Assembly: GCA_028534125.1 (NCBI GenBank)
Contig: CM052847.1
Span: forward strand, 17,918,001 to 17,982,000
Length of the DNA stretch: 64,000 nt
Direction: 5' to 3'
From: Lama glama
Lineage: Eukaryota
The notes beneath the pieces are model-generated. The model was not told where the DNA came from, did no database searches, and was given only the letters and a program-made list of their open reading frames with translations. Position 1 is the first letter of the stretch. Each line of letters begins with the position of its first letter. Positions 48,873-62,494 of this stretch are shown here, one piece after another. The position numbers were made by a program, and so were the translations under genes.

Positions 48873-50152
48873 GTAAGGGGTGGCTGTGCCTCGTGGGGGT
48901 GGGAGGCGGGAGGCGGGGGGACAGTGCGCGGGGCTGCATCCCCTAGGTGCCAAGTGCAGAGCGGACTTGCCCAGACAGAGCCGGACATCCAGCTCAATTT
49001 CTGTTTAATGCCTTTTAAAGAAACAAAGTTTGGATGCACATGTGTCTTATTTCCCAAGGATAAAATGAAAAAAAAGCTTTCTGTGCGTGAATCCACCCGG
49101 CTGTTGATTCTCACACATGCATTCTTGCTTCCCGAATGTGCTCTCCCTTCCATGCTCGTGAAGTCTCACCGTCAGGAGACTCAGTCTCGCAGGAACGCTC
49201 CTTTCTCCTGCCTTGTTTGTTTGCTTGTTTGTAGCAATTTAAGAATTCTTTGTTCAGTCTCAAAATCCCCATTCATTTCCGTGTGGTATTTCACACCAGC
49301 TCCATCCTCTGCATTTGGCTTTTAGACGCCTGGGTCTAGAGGGGTCCATGTTTGTTGTTCCTTGGTGGTCACATTCCAGGCCATGTCATTTGAAGTGGTT
49401 CTTTTCCTTAGAAATTCTGTTGCCTTATTCAGGAGCAGGGGCCATTGTCCCTTTCGTCCAGGACAGACCTGACGTGCTTGTTCGGGCAACAGGATTTGTT
49501 TGTGAACAAATGTCTCACTGGCTTGTCTTCCTCTCTGGCTTTTCTGGACCTGGAGCAATGACCTCACCTACCCTTCCGGTCGATGGAGGAGTTGGCCGGG
49601 ACAACCTCCAAGCTCCCTTCTAACTGAAAATCCCAGGGCCCATCAGCTCTGCCCAAAAGATGAACTAAATGTCGAAAACACTTACGTGTAGTGCGGGGTT
49701 TTCTTTCAGAAAAATAGGGAGGGAAGGAAGGACGTAGCGTCCCCCAGACCTCAGCTTGCTAAGGCTTCCGGCTTCAGGGGAGCAGTAAAGCCCCTCCTTG
49801 AATCAGTGACCTGCTCACATCAACAGCCCTTGGTGTGTTTGCAAAGCACTGTGCTTCTGACCCACTTCCCTCCGAGCAGTTTCAAAGGAGAGACCCCGGA
49901 GATGTTTGGGAGTGGCTGGAAGGTTTCACCTTCGTGTGCTGTCTTCTCAAAGCAGCAGCACAGTGGCCTTTGCCTTCTTTCTCCCAGAATCTTCCAAAAA
50001 GTACTACTGGAAGGGCCTCATTTTATGCACTAGCTAGAATTCCTGAAAAACTAAACTCTCAGTCTTTTTTTTTTTTCAGGAAATTGTTTTAGCTCTAATG
50101 CAATGCATGAACTTGCTACTGAAATAAATCCTTCTTAAGAAATGCACATTTT

Positions 50153-50250
50153 TGTAACTGAAACATTATGCTGTACACCAGAAATTGACACTTTGTAAAC
50201 TGACTCTACTTCAATTTAAAACAAAGTGAAAAAAAAGGAGAAAAAAAGAA
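50153..50250 (+). mobile_element. 5'-truncated L1 3' end, sense, with A-rich tail
   Basis: actgaaacattatgctgtacaccagaaattgacactttgtaaactgactctacttcaatt plus A tail; flanks aagaaatgcacattttt / aagaaatatattttt resemble a decayed TSD. Confidence 0.8.
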
Positions 50251-51159
50251 ATATATTTTTGATATGGTATATTCCCCTCTATGAAAATTATAGTGATTTT
50301 TCTTAAAAACAGATTAAATATTTGACCTCTCTAATGTATAAAGTTATTTATTATTACAAGTTATAAACCAGATTGAAAAGTATTTTCAATTAAAAATTGA
50401 TACAATTGAAAAGACTGAAATTACAACTGAACAGTATTCTTACTGTTAAATAAGAATTACCATCTCCCCATGAGGACTATGAAACGGTCGCGGTAAAACA
50501 GCACCGAGCATGATACATGCACTTTGTTGTATCTTTGTTCAGCAGCTGGTATTTTTAACTATATTTTGTTTGGAGAGAAAAAAAAAACTAAACATCTCTC
50601 GAAATCTGAATGCTTTTTTATTTGCTTATATAAAAAGGAAGAGGCTTAGCTCTTTTTTTTTAAGAGGAGATAATAATAACTTTATTTTGGCAAAAGTAAA
50701 TTATCATAATTTTTCCAGCCTTGTCCTTCATCCTGACTCCCTTTTATTGAGAGTAACCAGCAGAAACTGGCCACATCATTGGTAACAAGGTGGAGAAAAG
50801 AAGAAAACTCTTTTTCCCACAAAGACTCTCTTCCTTGTATGGCAAGGAGCTGGAGTCTACCATTTGGACCATCAGCCCTTAAAGAATTTAATATTGTAGT
50901 TACATTGAAATTATTCTGTTGTTCCCAAAGTGACCATTATGCATGGACATTGGAGTTAAGGGTATAAGACCTATTGTTGGCTTGTGAAGGTTCATTTGAC
51001 TTTATTAAAACATATTCTGCCCTTGTAATATCTGATCAGGATTGTGCCTTGGTACCAGGGAAGCAGAGTTAATATTAAAGCATCTCATTCTCCTTTAAAA
51101 GAGGACTTGGTTTGAGAAGCCAAGTGTGAAAGTGGCTCGGCTGATCAGTGTCAGTAATG

Positions 51160-51600
51160 TGATTGACACCTGATACTTTTCAGCATCTGGATGGCCTGAG
51201 GCACTGGCCTGGGTGCTGAGGACACAGCACTGAGCAGAACAGACATGCTCCCAGGCCCCAGAAGTCTTACTGTCTTTTGGGAAAACTGGGATGGACAGTC
51301 AGCGGCTGTGTGCGACGTGTGCCAGGCCGGTGCTGGGAAAAGAGACTCGGCAGAGTTGGATGGCAAGAGAGGAGGGCAGTGGAGAAGACGGTGTCTCTGG
51401 AAAGGTGGCATCTGAGCAGGAACCTGAAGACAGTGAGGGAACCACATGGACGTCCAGGGAAGGGTGTTCAGGTAGCGCACAGAGCAAGTGCAGGCCAGGA
51501 GGGAGGAGGAAGCTTGGCGTCATCACAGGCTGGCAGGGGAGGTGTGGTATGGAGCAGGGGCAGAGGGAGAGGTGAAGAGTCAGGGGTGAGAGGTGAGGTC
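51160..51600. mobile_element. L2 LINE 3' fragment
   Basis: ggcactggcctgggtgctgaggacacagca...gcagaacagacat...ggaaaggtggcatctgagcaggaacctgaag. Confidence 0.7.
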
Positions 51601-54439
51601 CATGACCATGGATTTACCTCAATTCCATCCATTGTGGTCAGAAGCACGAATCTGTAGTAACCTTCTTAAAATGCAGGGCACTCAAACTGCCTGGGAAGCT
51701 GGCCGAAGTATTTAAGAAACTTTCAACGTATTTGACCATTTGCAGCTTTTTTCTGAGACCTTAATTAAGAAAGGGAAAGTGTTCTGAGATGGAGCTTCTT
51801 TCTCTCCACCCCAAAGGTCCTTCCTCTTTACTCTTAACGTGGGGAAATTCTGCCAACTGAGGTACCGGTGAGAGAGGTTTTGCTCTTCTCTGTTAAGGAA
51901 TGCTTTGCATAATAGCTGAAAGTATTTCATTAGCATCCTGAAGGGCAGCAGCCGAAAAGATTGAAATCTGTGTTTCAATTATTTTTCTTAAGTGTAACTA
52001 AAAAATCTGGCATTTAAGCGAAAGTGAATGATTTGTCTAATTTCCATCAGGGACTCTTTCAAAGTCACAGAAAATGTGGTTAGTAGAATTCATGACTCTC
52101 CACTTCATCAGAGCAATTCCCCAGGAAATAAAAGGGGCAGGAAGCAGTTCGCAAGGCCAGTGCCTTTTACCTTTTTAAATAATAAAAAACTGGGCTTCCT
52201 ATTGTGACATTAACCCAGTTCATTCAAACTGTAAAGTGCCCCGAAGAATCATCCCAACGCTCCTGCACAGGCCTTGGTCTTGCCCTGCTTTTAAAGATTT
52301 CTCCTGTGCCTCAGACAGATCCGTCGGGAAAAGGGACAACTCAGTCCCCCAAACTGTTCATTTATTTTTATAATTGTAAATTCATCATTTTAATTTTACA
52401 CACCCAGGAGCAGGCCCCCAACAGCATTATTATAAATGATTTTAAACAGCCTGTGCTTTAAAACATCAAAAATTAGGCATTAATGTCTGTTAAAAAAAAA
52501 TCCCCCTAGGCAATAAATAGGTTTCTTTGTCTCCTGGCCTTGAAATAAACATTGAAATGGTCTCAATTGCCCATGGTGAGAATAAGTGTTTCGTGCAATA
52601 ATCAGATGGTAGGGAATAAAATTAGAAATTAAATCATGAAGCTTAAAAACCAGGTAAATGCATATTATGCCTTTTTATGACTTTCTCTTGGGTCTTTTGA
52701 AGCCTAGTTTAATCGTGTTTCTTGTCTTTTACTTTGATATGATCCTTTCTCCTTTGTTTACTTTAGTCTCCCATTTGGTTAATTAATTCTTGGGTCATTT
52801 GTTCTTAGCCAGTTCTGAACCTGTTTTTGAGGAACATGTCTCAATGCTGGTATAAAGAGGCACATTCTCTATAAGGAGTGCAGCCAGGTCTTAAAGAAAG
52901 CTGATAATACTTGTGTTTCACCAGCTTGTAGAGTTGGTGCCCTTCCCTGGGAGTTTTGAGAGCTAGGGTGAGAGAGTTATCCTGACTGCATACGAACATT
53001 TCTTTGGCATTTTCTGTCTGAAACAACGTTGCATTCGTGTACCACGTTATTCCAATAACCTTCTGTTTTCTGGTTTGTTTGTTTTTTTAACTATAGAAAG
53101 ATGTTTTAAAATTCTCCAAATGCTCCTAAGTGCATTCAGCCAAGTGTGCACTTCAGGATAATAGATAATTTGTTTCAATAGTGGGAGGCACTTTTAAAAG
53201 CGAAGAGAGCATTTTCCCATTCCCTCCAATGGCTTTTCAAATGGTTTTCACTTTAAATTCCAGGCAGTATTTTTTCCCCATCTTCAAGATGTTGCCTGCC
53301 CATCCTTGAAGGCTGGGACAGGCTCCAAGATCCAAGAAAGTGGTGACAGTTTTTTGTGGACTCTTTGAGGGGAACAGAGACTGGGAGGGTTTCCCTGGGA
53401 TTCAGACCTTTCCTGGACTCCTCATATCGGAAGAGCCGGCGAGTGGTCACCTCCAGTGTCACACACTGGTGTCTCCAGGCTTGCTGAACAGTGGGGAACC
53501 AGAAGTTACCGTCTGAGTCGCCCCAGAGCCCATCAGTGTTACAGGAGGCTTTTGTCCCCTCACTTACTGTATCTGCATGTGTATCACATGAGCACTCATG
53601 TCATGTGAAGAGATGGATTTGTGGACTGATGAAACCCACACTTTGGAGCTGTCTGCTTTGTACAGGGCAAGTACATGAAAATGAGTTGGGCTTATACTGG
53701 CCCCTCCCAGCTAGGAACATGCAAGGGACATTCATGCAGGGTGATGTCTGATGGGGCCAGGAGGCAGGGACAGACAGACAGCAGGCGCTGGAGTGGCCAT
53801 CTCCCAAGGCTGCCTTGGCAGTGATGCTACAACCTCAGGAAGTCTGAAACTGACCTGCTTCCACAGTCCTGTCCTTCCCGTTGCCTTCCGTCCCGCCAAC
53901 CGCACGTGGCCCTCGGGCGCCCCTGCTGGGTCCACGAAGCAGGACTGCATTTAACTTTGGGGTTTTTTTTTTTTAACTTCACTTCAGCATCTTACTAATT
54001 CAGGGATCTGTTACTCATCTGACAGTTACCTAGGTCTGTTCCCCATTTCTCCCAAGGCCCATCTCTTTTCCTCGCTTATAATCAAGGAAAAGAAGTAACT
54101 CTCAAAACAATCACGTTTCCTCCTTCGTTCGCTACACTCTGAAGTGTTTAAGGCAGGCAGAGTCGAGCGGGTTTTAAAATGAGCTCTTTATTTGTGGGGT
54201 TGAATCCACCAGTCTTACACCCTGATTGCTACAGAACGAGAACTGATGTCCCATTCTTGGCTCATTTCCTGCAGGTTTCAACATTTTGTGCTTTTTTTTT
54301 TTTTCCTTTGAGGTTTCCACACCTTAACTTGATCTTGACATTACGGGGCTCGGTCTATTTTCCTCAGTGTTAATGAGGTTGGACATGATGTATAATGTTC
54401 TGTAAGTAACACGTCACTGGAGGGACCATAACTTCCTAA

Positions 54440-54570
54440 TAGATTTTTTCATTCATTTGGCAGATGTTCACTGAGCATCTGTGAGGCGCCTGGGACTGTT
54501 CTAGGCATTGGAGTCACATCCGTGGACAGAGCTGAAAAAACCCCTTCCCTCATGTTGTTTATAGTTTAGC
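54440..54570. mobile_element. L2 3' end fragment
   Basis: ttcattcatttggcagatgttcactgagcatctg...ctgggactgttctaggcattgg. Confidence 0.7.
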
Positions 54571-54989
54571 ATTAGCTTTTAAAAAGGCACATTTGACTAG
54601 ATTCCCACTGGAGGAAAATGATTTGATGATTCGCCTTTCAGTGTAAACTATACCTTCTCCCCACTTTAAAAAAACTTTCATGACCAGTTTTTTAGTACAC
54701 CTCATGTTAACATTTTATGGATTAGACCAGGGTGAGGAGAGGAGGGGTCTGCATCTCCGCACGTCCCTTCTGTCAGCTGGACCATTTTTCTATACGTTTA
54801 ATGCGACAAAGAGCCCTGAGACTAGTATTCACCATTTGAGTGGATCTGCTAAGTGGTAAAACCGGAAACAAGAGAAAAGTGTCCCAGGCATTTCATGAAA
54901 ACCAAATATTTCTGAAGTCCTTGGGCATCTAGAACATATTTTAAAAATAGATAATTGGGAGCAGTCTGTCTTTCTAGTAAATGGTTCTT

Positions 54990-55152
54990 GATTGATGTAT
55001 AGTCAACTCCCAATGTTGCGTCCGCTTCTGGTGTACAGCGTAGTGATTCAGTTGTACAAATATATCCTCCTTTTCATGTTCTTCTTCCTTATAGGCCATC
55101 ACAAGGTACTGAATGTAGTTCCCTGTGCTCTGCAGCAGGACCTTGTTGTTTA
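54990..55152 (-). mobile_element. L1 3' end fragment, antisense
   Basis: attgatgtatagtcaa...ttctggtgtacagcgtagtgattcag...actgaatgtagttccctgtgct. Confidence 0.8.
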
Positions 55153-56615
55153 GATAGTAAATGGTCCTTTATTGGGCACTGACCGTTCTACTTCTAGGTT
55201 TTAAAAAAAAAAAGGAAGTATTCACATGCCACCCAGCTGGAGTTTGGATGGCCCCTGCCCACGCTGGGTGTTTTGATGTGGAATTACCTTTAAATTTCAC
55301 TTACCATCAAGAAAATGAGAAGTCCAGTGGTCCACATAGTCAGGACTGCAGCTAATTCTCTAATTCATCCCAGTGTCCTGAGCTGCCCGAGGCCTCTCGC
55401 CACCTGCCATCAGAACATTTTGCACTGTGGACGGGCCGGCCCGCCAGCCCATGAGACGGCCCCTACCGATAGCGGGCGTCCTGAGCTCATGCAATGCTTC
55501 ATAAAGCTGCCCCACCGAGGGTGGACACAGGGATGGTCCTCTGCTTTGCGCAGAGCCCAACCTCAGATCTCTGCAAGCTTTCCCTGTGTCAGGACAGATC
55601 CTGTCCTGCATTCTCAGTGCTTTGTTCTTCCTTGGTTTGGAGTGCACTTTCTCGAATATCTTCAGATCAGGGCTCTCGTTCTCTGTGAGTCTCAAGTCTC
55701 CGCTGAGCCTGTGATTCAGGGTGAGCATTGCTGTGCAGTGTCTCCCCCCTGTGTGCGGGTCCCCATCGGAGCCCCGGTGAGGTGTGGGTGAGCCCAGAGG
55801 CGTGTCTTCTGTACAACACAACCCCCCATGAGGACTTGCCAGATGCTCTGCTGCTGTCTGATACAACCACATTACCACTACTGGCACTGGTAAAAAGCGT
55901 GTATTAATTGCTTAGATGTGTTTCTATTAGATGGAAAAACCAACACAACTTGACTCTAGTAACAGAGGTTTATGACCTAAGGTCAATGTTGTAAGTCTGA
56001 AAAGCAACAATATAGAAGTGTATAGTTGGTATGCGGTTTAATCCCATGAACTAGTGGCCATGTGCAAGAAAAGAAGCAAAATGCACCAACCTGGACAATC
56101 CAGTTGAAGAATCCAGGGAATCGGATAAGTTACAGGTGTCAGTGATGGGAGAGTCTGTCATGAGGAAATAGGGGTAACGTGTAAGAGAAGTGTTGACGTG
56201 TGAGCCAGAATTTTGAGATGGGGTGGGATTTCGAGAGGAAGGAATGGAGTGGAAGATACACCAACTGTCAAACATGAGAAAATGAAGAAAAAGGGTTCCG
56301 TCAGCAGATGGAAAGTCATCTCATTTTCACCAGCATGAGATGTTTGGAAAATAAGAACCAGGGAGGAAGAGCCCTGAGAGCCATGGCCAAGAAGCGAGGA
56401 GTTTCTCTGGCAGGCAGCGAAGAGCCATTTAAGGACTCTGAGCCCAGGAATGAGGGTACCGATTGGATGTGAGGGAGACAAAGGGAAGGCGTTGAGGACA
56501 GAGGTGTGTCCAGTTTGGATCACAGTGTTTTCACAAGCAGAGAGAGGAGGGTCGGGAGGAGACGGAGTTTGTAGTAGAAGTTGGTTGAATCTTGTATGTG
56601 ATGAGCTGCAGCCCA

Positions 56616-57146
56616 TGAGACAGGAGGGAAGGGGGCAGGGCACAATCATGAAAGGAATAACACGGCAGCTGAGGACACGACATACACTGGTTACAACCAA
56701 GATGGCAGACTTGACTCTCAGTAGACCTTGAGCTTCGTTACACACTCACCGTAAGTAATATACGAGCTGCTAAATGACACACCCACAGGTGCTGTGACAC
56801 TTCCAAGGCTGACCTTCAAAGGCCAGATATGGGCAGTGGCCCAGTCCCCAGCATCCCTGTCCCTTCCCCGAGGAAGTCAGTTGGAATAACCCTCTTACGT
56901 GTTAGCGTAAGAAATTACCGAGCCCAGAAAAACAAAACACCCGCACCTCGCAGCCTCTCTCCCACCTCTTGAGATGTCCTGCACTCTGTCTGTGGAGTGT
57001 GTATCTCCCTAAATTAACTTGCCTTCACTGTAAACTGGCTCACTCTTGAATTCTTTCCTGCGTGAAGCCAAGGACCCTCACTTGATGGGGCACATCCCTG
57101 AGATCTGAGACGTGACCATCCTCTTGCACCCCATTTTCCTGCAGCA
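56616..57146 (+). mobile_element. ERV-type solo LTR (MER41-like by eye)
   Basis: TGAGACAGG start, caaccaagatggc, 3' end ctcttgaattctttcctgcgtgaagccaaggaccc...gcagCA; no clean TSD seen; sits in purine-rich L2-like flanks. Confidence 0.65.
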
Positions 57147-59039
57147 AACGGGCCTTTCACTGAAATACATCCCACAACCATTGGGTGCCTGACCCTCCAG
57201 CTTGTCGCAGATGAGCTGCAGAGGAGGTGAGGTGGGCTGATGTCCACTTGGGCCCGAGAATCACCAAGCAAAGCCGAGGAGGGGCCTGGGGCAGAGCCCT
57301 GGTTGATGACTGCGTCTGCGGGACAAGACAGGAGGAGCCAGGTCGGGAAGGGAGCCGCCCAGTAGCCTGGTACCAGGGAAACCAAGAGAAAGTGATTCAG
57401 GCAAGAAGGTGATGAAGGGAGAGCCGAGAGGAGGCATCTGGATTTAGCTCCTGGGCTGTCTGTTCACCCTCGAGTGGCTCGTCCACTGCAGAGGTGGATG
57501 GATGGACGTCACGGGTCTGGAAGCAATGAGGGGGATGTGAGACTGGAGGCAAGAATTATGTATGACATTTTCAGGAAATTGAGAGGTTTTTTTTTTAAGT
57601 CTATTAAAGAAGCAGGGTGAATTGAGGACAGATTTTAAGATGGAGGAAACAAATATTTCTAGACTAAAGAGAAGGAGGCAACAAGAGGTGAAAAACTGAT
57701 GGACTGAAGTGGGGAGGAGGTTGGAGGGACGGAACAAACCCTCTTTTAAGGTCCAGCAGCGCGTGGATGGATCTCCCGTGCTGGGAGGAGCGCTCTGCCC
57801 CCGAGCTCCTCCAGCCGCACCCCACCCCCAGCACCATGTGTCCACTGATGTATGTGACCGGGCCGGGGCCCATGCAAATGCTCAAATGCTCAGTAAGTGC
57901 ATGGTGTACCTTTAAAGAGGGAGCGCCTTTGCCGCTGAGATGCGAACAGAATGAAGTCAGGACTGGGGAGGATGTAAAAGCCTTGAGACAGGAAGGTATT
58001 TACATCACATGTGAGTCAAGACTTTAAGTATCGAGGGCTAGGAATGGCGAAAAAACAGTTAATGCCCAGGGCAGAGGTTTAAAAAAGGAGTTCATCTAAA
58101 GGATGTGATAGAGGGACTACGATTTCATTTTCTTTCTAGCGTATGTGGACATTTTGAAGACTGTGGTTTAGAGCAGATCATTTCATCTTTCTTTGCTCAG
58201 TTTTTCCCACTGTGAAATGGGATTGTCTACTTTTACTTTTATTGAGCTATCGAGAGAATATGTAGATATAAAACATACGATTACTTTGGTTTTTTTTTTT
58301 AAAAAAAAGACACCATTAGAGTATCATCTGGGAAAGGTTATTATTTTGGGATGACACTAAATTCTGCTCCTCTGACAATAAGAAACTAGGTTAAAACTGG
58401 ACTAAGATCCAGTTGTTGTTTTTTTTTTCTCTGAACATTTGCCTTTGGAAGACAAATCTCTCCCCACCCTTCCTAAAAATATTAGACTATAAATGCAGGG
58501 AGTAGGCCCTTTCCTGACTTTCTGCTCTGGGACTTGGCTGAACACGTTGGCAGTGAACTTCCCACAGTGCCTTAAACTTGACTTGAAGTTATAGATCCAG
58601 CACACCTCACTTACCAGCGACAGGAGGGCACTATTGGGTTAAAGAGAGGACAGGAACCATGGCCGGGCGGGCTTCCCTGTAGCTGTCACCACTGGAGTGA
58701 AGCATCGGGCCCCTGGAGAGCAGTCTGACTTTCTTCTGGGCAGAACAGAGTCTGTGCTCTGTGGGCGGCCCTTTGCAGAGGCGGCTGCCCAGGTAGCCGA
58801 GGTGCGTGCTGGGACCACACCTGCAGCTCGCAGCTTCTCAGACCTACAACTCTGCCAGGGGACAACTTGACCCTTCCCAACCTTGGAGTCCTCTTGCCCA
58901 AAGGAAAATCTGCCCCCTTTCCAGGACCTCCTAAGACCAGGATGCAGACAGGTCCTCTGTGACGTCCCAGTGCCTCCCCCAGAAGTTCACGTCCCTCGCA
59001 TTTTATCTCCAGAGTCCGGAGCCTGGGCCGGTCACCACA

Positions 59040-59165
59040 TGTCATAATTACAAGGAATCTGTCCAGGTGCCTCATTCATGATCAGATGAGGCAGCCGAAG
59101 CCCACCAGGTTAAACGATCTGCCCGAGGGAGCCCAGGTGGTTAGCAGCAGCGGAGGGGAGTCACT
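59040..59165. mobile_element. MIR fragment
   Basis: cagatgaggcagccgaagcccaccaggttaaacgatctgcccgagg. Confidence 0.55.
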
Positions 59166-61509
59166 GCGGCCACCCCATGACCCATTCAGAAGCAGGAACT
59201 CCCGGAGAACAGGAATCGTTTTTATGGGGGGTTCTGTTTGCATGTTCTCACCCTTGTAAGGAAATCAGCATCATTTCTTTCAATCTGTACCCCTGACCGT
59301 CCATAAAAAAATATCTGAGACCAGCTATGGGGAGGCACGTACTTTTATTTAATTCATAAGCAAAACACCGTGAGAAGGGAAAGCAGGTCCAGATCTCTCT
59401 TGCCTTGGCTCCGTTCCTGTTCGATCCATAAATACTGACTTTATCTAAACTGACTTGTTCAAGCTTGTGGCCCCACGAGACGCCTTCATTTCTAAGGGTC
59501 CCTCCTCATGGGACTGGGGAGGGTACTGAAAATAAGGCAGGGTGAGGAGATCCCAGGTTTGATGACAGCTAATAATGCAGGTTCTTTTCTGGGAAACATC
59601 ACCCGGTGAGAGCTCCGGTGATACTGCCCACATCCATTTCTGCACCACTTTAAACCTTCTGAACTGTTTGCTGTCTTAGAATAATGCCTCCAGAATAATC
59701 TGGAGTTCCAGCAAGGGGCTTTCTTCATCCGGTCCTTTAGACTCGGAGGAGTCCCTCTTCCCCATCTAGAGAACCAGTAATGATGGCTCTTGTCTGGCCC
59801 AGCATGGCACCGAGCCGACTTGCTGACTGTTCTCCTTGTGAGTTGGAAGTGGGTCAGTGAAGGAAGATACAGATGTTTATGCGGTAAAGGATGTGCCCGT
59901 TACAGATTGCAGAGTGGTGGGATCAGAGCACCTCGGAAGCTGCTCCCTCCGTGTCCTTTCATAGACCACCTCCTCCCACCCTGTCATCCCTCCTCTCCTC
60001 ACCTCTCACCCCCCAAAAAAAATTCTTTAAGGGAATAAGTTAAAATAAGAGGTGTGGTTATTGTGGAATAATTAGACCTCGTGGGAGAAGGGACACTGTG
60101 CTTGGCTAATGCCCTGGGGTGGTGATTAGCTCCTAACGGTGGTGCCTGTGTAACCGCTTAATTATCTGACCTCGAAGTCTTCCCCGCAGCGCTGGATCCC
60201 AGCACCCGGCAACCACAGGCTCCACCGCCCTGAGAGTGTTTGGTTGATGCAGGCAATTTTCTCTGTGTTTGCAGTTGTTTTATTTCCTAAACCACAAAGC
60301 CACTGTGCTTCGCTGTCTGATTGTTCTCTGGCAAGTGTGTCGTGAACGCACTGAAGACAGATTCTTGCTGTCTTCCATTGATGTTGTTTCATTGTAGCTT
60401 TTTAGAAAACTCTCTTGCCGCCTGGGAAAAGTGGGGAAGAGGGTTAATACGAGGAGACTGATGCACTGGGTTCCCAGAGAGCACGGGCGTTGCTGGGACG
60501 GTTGTATGCAAGACAGAACCTGCCAGCGCTCGGATAAAAGAGGCGGGAAGGTCAGCATCCACACAGGAAGAAGATGTTACATGGACACGTGGTCACTGTG
60601 AGAGGTTGGTGGCCCCTAATGGTCGTTTCTCTCCCCTCTTTGGTGGATCTGGAATCTGTAAAAGGATGGAGAAAGAGCCACATTCCCTACACTCAGCGGT
60701 CAGCCTACCCCCGAGTTGTTCGACTCTCTCCTTATACAAAGAACAAGGAGGAATCTGGCGTCTACTCTGCGCCCCTGACCCCGGTTCCAGGAGGGTGAGG
60801 TCACGCCACAGGCCTCTGCACTTGGCCCTGGGCCTGTTCCTGCCTCTCAGGGGACGTGCGTGGGGCGGAGCCTTGGGACGCAGAGGGGGCATCCGGTACC
60901 TTCTGCATAAATACGTCAGAGGCACAAAGCATCTCTGCTCCTGTCCTGGTGACGAGGCAGCGCCTGGCTCTGCCGGTTGTAATTTTAACAATATCCACAC
61001 CCTTTCTCTGACGTATGAGCCACAGGGACAGGGTCATGAGAGCCCCTCCCTGAACCCCAGCCTCGGCTGCAGAGGGAGCCACAGCGTCAGGTGGGGTGGG
61101 ACCCCGTCATCCAGCTCCCTGACCCCCAGAGGTTGACCTCATCCAGAGAGAAGGGAGATGTGGGGTCCTGTGCACCTGCCACAGCCATCAGTGGAATTCC
61201 CTTCCCTTCCCACTCAGCAAATCCTTATGTGGCGCCTACCCTGCGTAGTGGGTCCCTCTCATGGGTTCTAGGAAATAAGACAGGCAGAACTCCTGCTCTT
61301 TAATAAGCTTATCTTCAGGGAGGACTTTTTATATGGAAGTGAGAACCATAGCTGACTGTTCTTCCACAGTTTTTGACCCGTTTGCTGCTTCCCAGCATCC
61401 GTTCCCCTGTCTCACCCGCCATCACCTCTCACTGTCTCATGCCCCAAACTCAACTGCACACCCAGCCCTGAGGGAAATTGGTGACGCTGCACTTGGACAG
61501 CCCTGGGAT

Positions 61510-61660
61510 CAGTGGGTCTCCAACTTTAGGGAGTAGAAGATGCACCAGGAGAGCGTGTTAATTCAGAGTCCTAAGCCCCACAACCAGAGGTTTCGTTCGG
61601 TGGGTCTTCGATGACCCCCAGGGGACCCTGGTACCGGGGACCCTACATTAGAACTTTTCC
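61510..61660. mobile_element. MER5A-like relic
   Basis: cagtgggtctccaactttag...caccaggagagcgtgttaa...ggggaccctacattagaac. Confidence 0.55.
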
Positions 61661-62004
61661 CCATTCAGTGGGGATGTGGTTACCACGCCCTTAAAGGGCA
61701 GCATGGTCCCTGCCTCTAGTGACAGTGTGGCCGGCGGAGCATCCCAGCTGCAGGCAAGAGGGCATGTCCGCCACACGAGTCCGGCCTTTGCCTTCCTCTG
61801 GCCGGAGAGCGCGGTTAAATCCTGGCTGAACCACGCGCAGCTGCATGACCTTCTGCCCACTCCTCTCCCTCATGGAATAATCATCAATGATGAAATGAGC
61901 CAATACGCGTAAAGTTCTTAGAATGATAACCGGGACGTGGTGAGCCCGCAGTAAACAGCAGCTGTCATCACGAGGAGATTTCTTCCTGATAGAAGTGAAC
62001 TGGA

Positions 62005-62494
62005 GAATAGGTTAGTTTTCTGTTGCTGTTTGGGACAAAGTTCCACAAACTTAGTGGCTTAAAATAATACAGATTTCTTATCTTGCAACTCTGTAGGTCA
62101 GAAGTCTGCTGTACGCACGGGGCGAAGATCAGGGTGCCAGCAGGGTGCGCTCCTTTCTGGAAGCTCTCGGGGAGAATCTGTGTCCTTGCTTTTCCAGCTT
62201 CCAGAGACCACCCTCTGACTTTCCTTGACTCGTGGCCCATCCTTCCGTCCTCAGAGCCCGCAGGGTCTGGCCACGTGCTTCTCAGGCCGCCATCTCCCTG
62301 GATCTCTTTCCAGCCCCTGATAAGAACCCCTGAGATTACACTGGGCCCATGCAGGTCATCAGGAAAACCTCCCCAGCTCCGGGTCAGCGGAATAGCTGCT
62401 TTCCATCCCTTTGGGCCATGTGACCGACACAGTCGCCGGTTTCTGAAATTATCAGAAAATTATCATCTTTAGGGGGATCATTACTCTGCCTACA
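62005..62494 (-). mobile_element. MLT1 (ERVL-MaLR) solo LTR
   Basis: gttagttttctgttgctg...acaaagttccacaaacttagtggcttaaaataatacagattt...ggtcagaagtct...ttactctgcctaca. Confidence 0.85.

Noticed and set aside
56158-56745. 195-aa minus-strand ORF
   Set aside because: Spans L2-like sequence and an LTR boundary; no protein family signal
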